In this document: positions 52,892 to 62,167 of the stretch, piece after piece
Layout: each line of letters begins with the position of its first letter
Position numbering within the stretch: the stretch's first letter is position 1
NCBI GenBank assembly: GCA_023447635.1
Contig: JAEXNA010000219.1
Coordinates: 27,678-91,677 of the forward strand
DNA: 64,000 nt
From: Vulcanimicrobiota bacterium
Lineage (GTDB): Bacteria; Vulcanimicrobiota; Xenobia; Xenobiales; JADMJV01
Reading direction: 5' to 3'
Made by a program: the position numbers and the translations under genes
Notes under the pieces: model-generated
Database searches by the model: none
The model's input: only the letters and a program-made list of their open reading frames with translations
Told to the model about the DNA's origin: nothing

Positions 52892-54475
52892 GTGACTCCG
52901 ATGGCCGCCCAGCGGCTTCGCAGCGTTCTGATCGTCGACGATTCCCGCGCCGACCGCCTGGCAGTTCGTCGCAGCCTCGGACGCCACTCGGATCGCGAGC
53001 TGACGTTCTGGGAAGCCCACAGCGGAAGCGACGCCCTGCGGTTGGTGGAGGAAGTCGCCGTCGATCTGATGGTCGTCGACATGCACATGACGGATACCAC
53101 GGCCCTGCAACTGCTCGAACAACTTAAGGACGACACCGGGCTGTTGCCGTTTGCCTGTGTCGTCGTCACCGGTTCGACGACGGAAGATCTGGGAGAGAGC
53201 TGCCTGCAGGCCGGAGCGCACGACTACATCGACAAAGCCCGCCTGGGCGAGCCCACCTTCTGGAGAGCCGTCAGCTATGCGCTTTCACGTTTTTCCATCG
53301 CGCGAGAGCTTCATCAGCGGTCGACCGAACTACGCCGGCTCAACCAGGAGCTAGAACGCAAGCACGCCCTGCAGTCGATGTTCCTGGCCAACGCCACCCA
53401 CGAACTCCGTACCCCCGTTTCCGCGATCGCGGGCCTGGTCGAACTGGTAGAGCGTGAGCCGCTGAGCCCCATCGTGGACGACTACGTTCGCACGATCAAA
53501 AGCTGCTGCCAGGCGCTGCACGCCTCGATTAGCGATGTGCTGGACTTGAACCGAATCGAAGCCGGAGAGCTCATTTTCGAGACGACGTCGATCGATCTGA
53601 CGAAGGTTGTTGAAGAGACGGTAGCCGTCTTGAGCCGTGCGGCCGGCCTTAAAGGGCTGCAGGTCGAGCTGCGAACCGACGGCCTACCGCGACGCGTCCA
53701 GGGCGACGGCCGCCGTATCCATCAGCTTCTCCTGAACCTGGGGGGCAACGCCATCAAATTCACCTCGGAAGGCGGGTTAGAGATTCGGGTCCAGCGAGGC
53801 GCCGACGGTCTCTATCGATTCGAGGTTCAAGACAGCGGAATCGGCATCCCGAAAGACGAGCAAGAGAAGGTTTTCGAGCGCTACTTCCAGGCCACCAACT
53901 CCCGATTGGGAGAGCGCGGCACCGGCCTGGGCCTTTCTATCGCGCGCGAGATTGTGCAGACCATGGGCGGGCAGATGGGCTGCTACAGCGAGGCCGACCA
54001 GGGCAGCACCTTCTGGTTCACCTTGCCGTTACCGGAATGCGGCGAGCCGCTCGAGGCGGAGGTCGCCGAAGGAGGCGACATTGTGGTGCCGGTGCAGCGT
54101 CGGGTTCTGGTGGCCGAAGACAATCCGATCCTGGCTCACATCCTGACCCAACAGCTGCACGGGCTGAACCAGCAGGTCACGGTGGTGACCAACGGGGCCC
54201 TGGCCATCGACGAGTTCCATCCCGAACGGTACGACCTGGCCATTTTCGACGCCCGGATGCCGGTCCTGGACGGCATCAGTGCCTGTCGCGAACTGCGTCA
54301 GCGATACCCCGACACTGTTCGCCCGATCTTCATCCTGACCGCCGACTCGATGCTCAACGAGCAGCAGCGTCAGGAGTGTGGAGCAACCGCCATCTTCGTC
54401 AAACCGATCTCCGCCGCCGAACTGTCGCGTCTGGTGTTGAGCGGCGAAGCGGGGTCGTCGAACTCGCGTGCCTGA
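52892..54475 (+). CDS. hybrid sensor histidine kinase with receiver domains at both ends (REC-HisKA-HATPase_c-REC)
   Basis: N-terminal REC (VLIVDDSRADRL...DLMVVDMHMTD). H-box LANATHELRTPVSAIAGL. N/G boxes (GGNAIKFT, DSGIGIP, GTGLGLSIAREIV). C-terminal REC (VLVAEDNPILAH...DLAIFDARMPVLDG...KP). Confidence 0.8.
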   Translation: MTPMAAQRLRSVLIVDDSRADRLAVRRSLGRHSDRELTFWEAHSGSDALRLVEEVAVDLMVVDMHMTDTTALQLLEQLKDDTGLLPFACVVVTGSTTEDLGESCLQAGAHDYIDKARLGEPTFWRAVSYALSRFSIARELHQRSTELRRLNQELERKHALQSMFLANATHELRTPVSAIAGLVELVEREPLSPIVDDYVRTIKSCCQALHASISDVLDLNRIEAGELIFETTSIDLTKVVEETVAVLSRAAGLKGLQVELRTDGLPRRVQGDGRRIHQLLLNLGGNAIKFTSEGGLEIRVQRGADGLYRFEVQDSGIGIPKDEQEKVFERYFQATNSRLGERGTGLGLSIAREIVQTMGGQMGCYSEADQGSTFWFTLPLPECGEPLEAEVAEGGDIVVPVQRRVLVAEDNPILAHILTQQLHGLNQQVTVVTNGALAIDEFHPERYDLAIFDARMPVLDGISACRELRQRYPDTVRPIFILTADSMLNEQQRQECGATAIFVKPISAAELSRLVLSGEAGSSNSRA

Positions 54476-55274
54476 AGGGCCAGAAATCCGGCGTTCCGCC
54501 GACAGCCTGGCCCGTGTGCTGCAAGGGCGCGAGGTGTTGCAGGTGAACTTCGCCTTCCCTCATCTCCAGGAGTACGAGGCGCGCCTGCAGGGGCAGCCGA
54601 TCACTCTGGTAGAGAGCCGAGGCAAGGCGATGCTGATCCATTTCGCCGACGGTTTGCGGATCTACAGCCACAACCAGCTTTACGGACGCTGGGTGACTCA
54701 TAAGGACAGCTCGGCGCCCGTGACCAACCGGCAGATCCGGTTGTCGCTGGTTACCCCCAGGGGCAGCGCCTGGCTGCTGAGCGCAAGCGACATCGAGGTG
54801 CTGGAGAGCGAGGCGTCCCACCCCTATCTAAGCAAGTTGGGCCCCGACCCCCTGCGTCCAGAAACCGACGCGACGACCTTACTCGAACACTGGGCTGGAC
54901 CGTCCTACTCGCGGCGCGGGGTCGCCGCTTTGTTCCTGGACCAGAACTTCCTGGCCGGGGTGGGCAACTATCTGCGCAGCGAGATCCTGTTCGTGGCTGG
55001 CGTCGATCCGCACGGACGGCTGCCTCAGGATCGGACGGCGCTGGCCCACACCTCGATAGAGCTGTTCCGACGGTCGCACAAGACCGGCGGGCAGACCAAC
55101 GACCCCGACCTGGTGGCCCAACTCAAGGCTCGCCGATGGCGGCGTCGCGACTACCGGCACTGGGTGTTCAGCCGTCAGGGACAGGACTGCCACCGCTGCG
55201 GGGGCGAGATCGTGAAAACCGTGCTGGCCGGGCGGCGGTTGTACTACTGCCCGACCTGTCAGGCCCCAGGCTAA
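54468..55274 (+). CDS. nei: Fpg/Nei family DNA glycosylase (endonuclease VIII-like)
   Basis: N-terminal MPEGPEIRR catalytic Pro. C-terminal zinc finger CHRCGGEIVKTVLAGRRLYYCPTCQ. Overlaps the kinase stop by 8 nt. Confidence 0.85.
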   Translation: MPEGPEIRRSADSLARVLQGREVLQVNFAFPHLQEYEARLQGQPITLVESRGKAMLIHFADGLRIYSHNQLYGRWVTHKDSSAPVTNRQIRLSLVTPRGSAWLLSASDIEVLESEASHPYLSKLGPDPLRPETDATTLLEHWAGPSYSRRGVAALFLDQNFLAGVGNYLRSEILFVAGVDPHGRLPQDRTALAHTSIELFRRSHKTGGQTNDPDLVAQLKARRWRRRDYRHWVFSRQGQDCHRCGGEIVKTVLAGRRLYYCPTCQAPG

Positions 55275-55406
55275 GACTCGGGGCCTGACAGGTCGGGGTC
55301 GCTCCGGGAAGCTCTACGCCGGGGCATACCTACCTATACCCGATGATAGGGGGGGCTTGGGTGATCAGAGGTACGCGAAACTCTACAGGGGTTCTACACT
55401 AACAGT

Positions 55407-56381
55407 ATGCCGATGTCGCGTGCTCTATATCCGGTCCAAACGGCCCTGTACCGATTCGTTGCGGAAGGTTCGCCGCAGTCGGCGGCGGCGATGTCGTTCT
55501 ACGCGGTCATCTCGATCCCGCCGCTGCTGGTGGTGATCACCGCCATTCTGAGCATGGCGTTCAGCGGCCCCGAAGCGGCTGCCGAGTTGATGAAGCAGGT
55601 GACGACCCTGTTTGGAGAGAGCACGGCCGCCTCGATTGCCGAAATTCTAGCGCGTCGCTCCCAGGCCCCGAATGAAACCGCTGCTCTCACAGGGTCGTTT
55701 GTCCTTTTGCTAGGCGCCAGCGGCTTCTTCAGCCAGATGCAGGCCTCCCTGAATCAGGTCTGGGGGGTCGAGGCCAAGCCCAGCGTGGCCTGGAGGATGC
55801 TCCTGGTCAAGCGTATGATCAGTATGACGGCGGTGCTCGGGACGGGGTTCTTGCTGCTAGTTTCCCTGGTCCTGACGGCTCTGCTGGCCGCCGCCAGCGA
55901 CTGGCTGAGGGCTCGCCTGGGGTGGAGTCCGGCTACCGCCGGTGTCACCGAGGCGGCGGTGGCGATGATCACCTTGACCTTGCTGTTCGCCTTTATCTTT
56001 CGCGTGCTGCCCGACGTGCGTGTCCCCTGGAAATCCGTTTGGCGCGGGGCTATCATCACTTCTCTGCTGTTCTTCGTGGGCAAGTACGCTCTGGGCTGGT
56101 ACCTGGGTCACACCAACTTCGAGGCCGACTACGGCAGCGCGGGGGCCCTGGTACTTATCCTGTTCTGGGTGTATTACACCAGTCTGATCATGCTCTTCGG
56201 AGCCCAGTTGACCCATGCCCAGACCGTGGCCAGCGGCGAGCCGATCGTGCCGGAACCGTACGCCGAGCGGGTTCGGGTGGTGCGAGAGACCGACGTGCTG
56301 GCGGCGGCTCGCCGTCCAGCCTCGGCGCTGGCCCTTTTGGGGCCGAATCCCACGCGCCGTCGGAGAGGATTACGCTCTTAG
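55407..56381 (+). CDS. YihY/BrkB family inner-membrane protein
   Basis: FYAVISIPPLLVVITAILS...; 6 TM layout and ~320 aa typical of the YihY family. Confidence 0.7.
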   Translation: MPMSRALYPVQTALYRFVAEGSPQSAAAMSFYAVISIPPLLVVITAILSMAFSGPEAAAELMKQVTTLFGESTAASIAEILARRSQAPNETAALTGSFVLLLGASGFFSQMQASLNQVWGVEAKPSVAWRMLLVKRMISMTAVLGTGFLLLVSLVLTALLAAASDWLRARLGWSPATAGVTEAAVAMITLTLLFAFIFRVLPDVRVPWKSVWRGAIITSLLFFVGKYALGWYLGHTNFEADYGSAGALVLILFWVYYTSLIMLFGAQLTHAQTVASGEPIVPEPYAERVRVVRETDVLAAARRPASALALLGPNPTRRRRGLRS

Positions 56382-56454
56382 CCGTGAAATCATAGCATGT
56401 TCAACCACCCTGTGGGCCTTCTGTCGCCGCCGGGAATCCCTGGAGGAGATAGCT

Positions 56455-58671
56455 ATGTCCAGCACTATCAACAGTTCATCCTCGACCGTCCCGTCCACTT
56501 CGATCCGCCCGCAGGCTCGCCCCGAGACCGCCGGCGCCGCTGAAGTCGCCGCCGCGCCGCCTTCCGACGCCGTCGCCATCAGCGCGGACGCCGGCGGAGC
56601 CGCAGCGCCCAACCCGTATGAAGGGTTCTCTGAGCATTCGGTCTCGATGAAACCGGACTCCTGGACGAAGGACCGCACTCCGGGCGAAGGTCAGGTCGCG
56701 CGCAACGATCATCTCGAAGGGATGCTGCGCAATCAGGGCTACTCCGTCGAAGACATCTACAAGAAGGACGAAAACGGACAAAATCTGCTGCAGCGGGTGG
56801 CTGACGCCAACGGACTGAAAGATCCGAACCTGATCACGCCCGAGCAGTCGCTGACCCTGCCGACCAAGAATGCGCCTCCCGCCGATGCGGAGACCAAGGC
56901 CGACGAGGTCAAAGGGGAAACCGTCACCACCGAGGCTTACAACGAAGGGGAAGGCGCCAAAGCCAACGCCTCTACCGAGGTCGGTCGCGCTGAAGACTCC
57001 ACCCTGACCACCAGCGCCGAAACCCAAGGTGACGGCTCCGAGGCTAACGCCTCAACGAAGGTCGGTGAGTCAGAGAACTCTACCATCACCACCGAAGCGA
57101 AAGCCGAAGGGAAAGAAGCCACCGCCAACGCCTCGACCGAGGTTGGCAAGGCCAAGGATTCCGAGATTACCACCGTGGCCGCCGCCGAAGGCGAAGGCTC
57201 GCAAGCCAACGCCGGGACCGCCGTCGGCGAGGCGGAGAAATCCAAGATCACCACCGCGGCCGTGGCCACCGGCGATGGCGCGGAAGCCAACGCGGGCACC
57301 ACCGTCGGTGAAGCGAAAGAGTCAGAGGTCACCACCTCGGCCGCCGCCATCGGCGACGGAGCGCAAGCCAACGCCGGCACCGCCGTTGGCACGGCCGAAG
57401 ACTCTCCCGTCAAGACTGAGGCCGCCAGCGAAGGCGAAGGGTCGACGGCAGAGGCCGCCACCAGCGTAGCGGAAGCCAAAGATTCGACCGTAGAGACGAC
57501 TGCGGTGGCTGAAGGAAAAGATTCCCAGGCCGTAGCGATCGGTGAAGTCGCCAAAGCCGAAGATTCCACCGTGGCTTCTACGGCCGTCAGTGAAGGCGAA
57601 GGCTCCAACGCCGGCGCCGGCGCCTTCGTGACCGGAGCTGAAGGCAGCACTCTCGAGGCCTCGGCCTCATCCGACGGGGGCTCGGCCGAAGCGTACGTCG
57701 ACAACAGCGGCTACGATCAGAACGGTCGCGCCGAGGTCAGCGCTGCGGGCGCCGACGGCGCCCACGCCGAAGCCACCGGGGTCGAGCACGCCTCGGTCGC
57801 CGCGAATGGCGGCGCCGGGAACGCCGACGTCGTGGTCGACGCGAAGACCAGCGAGACGGCCGTGACGGGTGAAGGCGACGGAACGGTCGTGAACCAGGGG
57901 CGCGATAGCAAAGGCTCGTTCGACATCGACGTGGCCGGCGACGCCAGGATTCTCGACGAGGGCAACGACCCCACCATGTCGGGTACAAGCACCGGCAACT
58001 CCATCGAAGCTTCTGCTCGGGGTGAAGACCTGGAGGTTCGCACTTCGGACTCGAAGTCGGTCGACATCGCTTTCGAAGGTCGCGAAGGCGACAACTTCGT
58101 ACGGGGCAATCTGCCGCAGGGCGGCGAGTCGTCGCGGGTCGACCTGGGTCTGGGCGACGGGAACGACCGGGTCGAGATGCAGCGCGGCGCCAATGACGAC
58201 ACCATGATCATCAGCAAGACCGATGGCGAACTGGACCTGAACCTGCACACCGGGGTGGGAATGGACGACAACGGCTCGCAGACCACTCTGGTTGACGGCG
58301 GCAACGCTAAGATCAGCGGAAGTATCGGCGGCAGCGAGGGCGACGACACGGTAATGATCCAGGGCGGCGATTTTGGCGACCTGAAGGTCAGCGGCGGCAC
58401 CGGTGGCAACGACCAGCTGGTAATCGACCTGCCTGAAGGGGCGGCGATCCCTGCGATAGTCACCAAAGAAGCTGACTCGGGGTGGTTTGGCTGGGGCGCC
58501 ACCGAGGCCGAGGGGATACTGCCCGAAGGCTACAAGGAAGGCGACCAGGCGATCAGCGCCAACGGCTTCGAGAACATCGTCATCCGACAGGGCGGCAAGG
58601 TGGTAGGCCAGTACGGAGAGGGCGAACTGCCGCCGGAGTTCCAGCAGGCCGTGGAGCAAGCCCGCTCGTAG
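56455..58671 (+). CDS. LysM-domain protein with ~12 tandem 20-aa repeats and an RTX-like Gly/Asp-rich C-terminus
   Basis: GGAGGAG 8 nt before ATG at 56455 (track ORF extends to 56215). LysM-like YSVEDIYKKDENGQNLLQRVADANGLKDPNLITPEQSLTLP. Repeats of the form EGEGSxANAxTxVGEAxDSxxTTxA. C-terminal GGSEGDDTV / GGTGGNDQLVI nonapeptide-like units. Confidence 0.65.
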   Translation: MSSTINSSSSTVPSTSIRPQARPETAGAAEVAAAPPSDAVAISADAGGAAAPNPYEGFSEHSVSMKPDSWTKDRTPGEGQVARNDHLEGMLRNQGYSVEDIYKKDENGQNLLQRVADANGLKDPNLITPEQSLTLPTKNAPPADAETKADEVKGETVTTEAYNEGEGAKANASTEVGRAEDSTLTTSAETQGDGSEANASTKVGESENSTITTEAKAEGKEATANASTEVGKAKDSEITTVAAAEGEGSQANAGTAVGEAEKSKITTAAVATGDGAEANAGTTVGEAKESEVTTSAAAIGDGAQANAGTAVGTAEDSPVKTEAASEGEGSTAEAATSVAEAKDSTVETTAVAEGKDSQAVAIGEVAKAEDSTVASTAVSEGEGSNAGAGAFVTGAEGSTLEASASSDGGSAEAYVDNSGYDQNGRAEVSAAGADGAHAEATGVEHASVAANGGAGNADVVVDAKTSETAVTGEGDGTVVNQGRDSKGSFDIDVAGDARILDEGNDPTMSGTSTGNSIEASARGEDLEVRTSDSKSVDIAFEGREGDNFVRGNLPQGGESSRVDLGLGDGNDRVEMQRGANDDTMIISKTDGELDLNLHTGVGMDDNGSQTTLVDGGNAKISGSIGGSEGDDTVMIQGGDFGDLKVSGGTGGNDQLVIDLPEGAAIPAIVTKEADSGWFGWGATEAEGILPEGYKEGDQAISANGFENIVIRQGGKVVGQYGEGELPPEFQQAVEQARS
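56926..57660 (+). repeat. ~60-bp tandem coding repeats (x~12) inside the LysM protein gene
   Basis: Periodic gaaggcgaaggc...gccaacgcc...accgccgtcggcgaggcg...tccaccgtg pattern. The protein shows regular EGEGS...ANAGT...VGEA...DS...TT... units. Confidence 0.75.
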
Positions 58672-58679
58672 AGCGGTAA

Positions 58680-59852
58680 GTGCTCCCAAGACAACGACAA
58701 TTTCAAGACCCCCAGAGCGGCAAGCTCTGGGGGACTTTTTTTGATGGCTCGACCGTTCAGGTCGTCTCTGGCGCTCCCGGTAAGGAGAGGACGGTCGAGA
58801 AGCCCCAATCGGACCCGTTCAGCGCCTTTCGCTTTCTAGACAAAGAAGAAGGCGCTCGACTGCGCAAGGGGTTCATGCTGCGCAATCCCGAGGCGGGCCC
58901 AGGCGAGCCTCGCTTGCTGCGCCATCTGGGTCGCGGCTACACCGGCGCCCTGGTGGTAGCCGAACGTCAGGGCAAGCTGATCAGCAATCTGTTCGACGAG
59001 GCGACCGGCAGCGACGGACTCTGGGTCGTGAACAGTCAGGGAGAGGGCGAAGCGGTGCTCTCCCCCGGCGGCCTGGTCTGGGAGATGGGCCGAGGCAAGG
59101 CCAGCGTGCTGTTGCTGATCGACCATCAGGTAAAGGCGTGGAATCTTTCCACAAGCGATCTCAGCGAACTGACTCCTCGTCCCCGACACCCGGTCAGCTT
59201 CCTCTCCTGCTCTGGCTCGCTGGCCGCCTGGTACGACGAGCCCGAAGTGGTGGTGCGCGACCTGGCTGCGGGGCGCGACTTGCTGCGGGTCAAGGTCGAG
59301 CCCGAACTGGTCTCCGGCCATTCGCTGCAGCTTTCCGGCGCGCTGTCGCCCAGCGGCGACCGTCTGGCTTTTTCCGCCGGCCAGGGCGTGGTGGAACTCT
59401 ACGACGTGCGAAGCGGACACTGGCTGCGCACCATCTGCGCCGACTTTGCCATGACCGAGCGGATGGCGTTTAGCTCGGACGACCAGCGACTGCTGGCTAA
59501 GGAGAAGTACGGTCGCTGGCGCCTGCTGGACTTCGACCTGGAGGCGGGCGTCTTGAGAGACACCTTCGCCGGTCTTGGCGACCTGGGCAACGGCGATTTT
59601 GCCTTGGACGCTCACGGCGAACGGGTGGCGGTGGTGTCCGGTTCACGCCTACGGATGGTCGGGCTGGACGGCTCGCCCTTGCTCGAGTTTCGGCTGGACC
59701 AGACGGTAAAGCGGGCCGCTCTGGCCTGGACCGGCGACGGCCATCTGGCGGTGCGCACCGACCTGGGGTTGCTGGGCGTTTACGCCGTGCCGATGCTTGC
59801 CTCGCCCGCCGACCGGGGCTCGTGGACAGGGCCTGACACGCCGATCGCATAA
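58680..59852 (+). CDS. hypothetical protein (beta-propeller-like repeats likely)
   Basis: 390-aa ORF starting 9 nt after the LysM protein stop. Recurrent ...LSPxGDRLAFS..., ...GERVAVVSGS... strands suggest a WD/TolB-like propeller. Low confidence. Confidence 0.45.
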   Translation: MLPRQRQFQDPQSGKLWGTFFDGSTVQVVSGAPGKERTVEKPQSDPFSAFRFLDKEEGARLRKGFMLRNPEAGPGEPRLLRHLGRGYTGALVVAERQGKLISNLFDEATGSDGLWVVNSQGEGEAVLSPGGLVWEMGRGKASVLLLIDHQVKAWNLSTSDLSELTPRPRHPVSFLSCSGSLAAWYDEPEVVVRDLAAGRDLLRVKVEPELVSGHSLQLSGALSPSGDRLAFSAGQGVVELYDVRSGHWLRTICADFAMTERMAFSSDDQRLLAKEKYGRWRLLDFDLEAGVLRDTFAGLGDLGNGDFALDAHGERVAVVSGSRLRMVGLDGSPLLEFRLDQTVKRAALAWTGDGHLAVRTDLGLLGVYAVPMLASPADRGSWTGPDTPIA

Positions 59853-59909
59853 TGGCTTTCCATACCGGAGCATAAAGGGCGCTCTCTTACCCTCTGCGTA
59901 AGAAACGTT

Positions 59910-60683
59910 ATGAGCCATGCCAAAAAGCGACTCTCTTCCCTGGACTGTCGGCTGCCTCCGGGGCAACCGGTCGTGCTGCGTCACGCCGCAAACACCGCTT
60001 ACCTCGAGGGCGAGGACCGCGAGCTGTCGGTCGGAGGTCATTCGAAATGGTGGTGGAGGCTGGGAGCTTTGTGGCGAGGCTTTTTCCTGCTCTTCGCCGC
60101 TGTTTGGCTGACCTTTCTGGTCTACAACGGAACCTGGAACTCTCCGCTGGCAGCGGAGACGCCCGCCACCTCTCTCGAAGTCGTGGACGGGGGCGGGAAC
60201 CGGATGCTCGCCTATTCGTATCAGGTCGAAGGCGAGACTTACCAGCGCACGGAGTCGCCCGGATCGACCTGGAAGAGTTCCTGGGAATCCGGCGATCCCG
60301 ACGAGACGATCCGCTACCTGACCTTCTGGCCCTCTCGGGCGCACCTGGACTTTCGCGTCGAACGCTGGTCCTGGGGCGGCGCCATCTCGATCACTCTGTT
60401 TGTCTTCGCCCTGGCCTACGCCGGCCATCTGACGATGAAGACCCAGCGACATCTGGAGCGGATCGCCGAAGGCTGCACCCATATCGTCCCCGGCAGCGTG
60501 GTCCAGGTCATCCCATCGCAGAACTTCCGCTACGTTATCTACAGCGCGACCTCTCCTACCACCGGACAGGAGATCCGGGAGAAGGTGATGGTGGGAGAGG
60601 GAGAGGCGGTCAAAACCTCCCTTGTCGTGGGAGCCCCGGTCGCGGTGCTGTACCGAGACGACGAGTCGCACACCTTACTTTGA
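59910..60683 (+). CDS. hypothetical membrane protein (two TM helices flanking a beta-rich ectodomain)
   Basis: 257-aa ORF. TM helices WWRLGALWRGFFLLFAAVWLTFLVY and WGGAISITLFVFALAYAGHL. Confidence 0.45.
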   Translation: MSHAKKRLSSLDCRLPPGQPVVLRHAANTAYLEGEDRELSVGGHSKWWWRLGALWRGFFLLFAAVWLTFLVYNGTWNSPLAAETPATSLEVVDGGGNRMLAYSYQVEGETYQRTESPGSTWKSSWESGDPDETIRYLTFWPSRAHLDFRVERWSWGGAISITLFVFALAYAGHLTMKTQRHLERIAEGCTHIVPGSVVQVIPSQNFRYVIYSATSPTTGQEIREKVMVGEGEAVKTSLVVGAPVAVLYRDDESHTLL

Positions 60684-60746
60684 GGACTAAGGATTGTCAG
60701 GGGGCTCGCAAGGTAGGCCCCGCGAGCGGTCCGAAAGCCGGACGGT

Positions 60747-61823
60747 ATGATCACGACGTTGGTGGAGCGATGCTCCGAGGGTTTGGTCGAACGACGCTCG
60801 GTGGTGGAGGCGATCGTGCTGGCCGCCGTGGCGGGAGAGCACGTGCTGCTGATCGGACCGCCCGGCACGGCCAAAAGCGAGGCGGCTCGACGGGTCGCGA
60901 GAGGCCTGGGCGGACGCTACTTCGAGTATCTGCTGGGCAAGTTCTCCGAGCCTTCGGAGCTTTTTGGCCCTACCGATCTTCGCAAACTCAAGGACGGTCT
61001 GCTAGAGACGGCCACCGAGGGAATGCTGCCAGAGGCCGAGGTCGCTTTCCTCGACGAAGTGTTCGCCGGCTCGACGGCTATCCTGAACAGCCTGCTGACC
61101 TTGCTCAACGAGCGCACCTACCGGCGCGGGAACACGCGCCTGGTCTGCCCTCTGCGGGTCTGCATTGGGGCCAGCAACAGCCTGCCCGAAGACGAGAGTC
61201 TGGCCGCCTTCGCGGACCGCTTCCTGGTGCGCTGCTTTGTCGAGCCGGTGGCCGACAGCCTGCTGGAGGATCTGCTGGCGGGCGGTCGGGCCAGGGTCGC
61301 CGTAGACGGGAGCGACACCGGTTCACTAAGCGACCTTGATGCCTACGCTCGACGAGCTCGGGAGATCGATCTGAGCGAAGTTCAGCCGCTGCTGGCTCAG
61401 GCGCTTCGTCGCCTTCGCAAAGAGGGGATAGGGCTTTCCGATCGTCGCTCGGTCAGGGCCCAGAACCTGATCGCGGCGGCCGCAGCGATCAGCGGGCGAG
61501 ATAAGGCGACCTCGGCCGACCTGTGGCCACTGCTGCTGGCGGTGCCCACGGCGGCCGAGCAGCGCCTGGCCCGACGTTGTTTGGAGAGCCTGCTGGCCGA
61601 AAGCGACAGCGCCGCCCTGCACCACCTGGCCGAAGAGGTTTCGAGGGCGCCCGCCGTGCGAGCGCGCGGCCTGGCCGAGGCTGCTCAGAAGGCGCTGACT
61701 TCTCCGGTCGATCCGCTACGCGTCGAAGGCGTGCTGCGCGACATCGACGCCAATTTTGCCACCGAAGCGCTGCCCGAAGAGTTGGTTCGGCTGCGAGGGC
61801 AGCTGAAATCCGCCCTCTCATGA
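60747..61823 (+). CDS. RavA/MoxR-like AAA+ ATPase
   Basis: Walker A HVLLIGPPGTAKS, Walker B AFLDEV, sensor ILNSLLTLLNER. Colinear similarity to E. coli RavA N-terminus (FLLGPPGIAKS...FEYLMTRFSTPEEVFGP...IVFLDEI...ILNTLLTAINER). Confidence 0.8.
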   Translation: MITTLVERCSEGLVERRSVVEAIVLAAVAGEHVLLIGPPGTAKSEAARRVARGLGGRYFEYLLGKFSEPSELFGPTDLRKLKDGLLETATEGMLPEAEVAFLDEVFAGSTAILNSLLTLLNERTYRRGNTRLVCPLRVCIGASNSLPEDESLAAFADRFLVRCFVEPVADSLLEDLLAGGRARVAVDGSDTGSLSDLDAYARRAREIDLSEVQPLLAQALRRLRKEGIGLSDRRSVRAQNLIAAAAAISGRDKATSADLWPLLLAVPTAAEQRLARRCLESLLAESDSAALHHLAEEVSRAPAVRARGLAEAAQKALTSPVDPLRVEGVLRDIDANFATEALPEELVRLRGQLKSALS

Positions 61824-62167
61824 AGCTAGAATGGCTACCGCGCGAGCAGCCTCTGCCGGTCGAGGGATGCTGGGTCGAGGGGGCCGCAGCGGAGAGCCTG
61901 GGGAAACGGCTGCGGGACGGTCCCGCCGCGGGACTTCGGGTGGCCCTGGGCGAGGGGCGCCTGGTGGTGCTGGGGGCCGAGCCGCCCTGGATCGAAGGCG
62001 CGATCTTTCTGGGCCGGGACCAGGGGCTGTACCTTCCTACTCTGTGGCAGCCCAACGTCCCGATCGCCTGGATTCTCGCTCGGCTGCGTCAACTGGGCGA
62101 GCCGCCCTGGGCGCTGGTCCCGCCGGGGCGGGCGATGGGGCTAAGCCAGGCGACGGTGCTGACGTGA
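61820..62167 (+). CDS. small hypothetical protein, translationally coupled to the RavA-like gene (ATGA overlap)
   Basis: ATG at 61820 overlaps the TGA of the ATPase gene. 115 aa (MKLEWLPREQPLPVEGCWVEG...). It is the C-terminal part of track ORF 61523..62167. Confidence 0.4.
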   Translation: MKLEWLPREQPLPVEGCWVEGAAAESLGKRLRDGPAAGLRVALGEGRLVVLGAEPPWIEGAIFLGRDQGLYLPTLWQPNVPIAWILARLRQLGEPPWALVPPGRAMGLSQATVLT

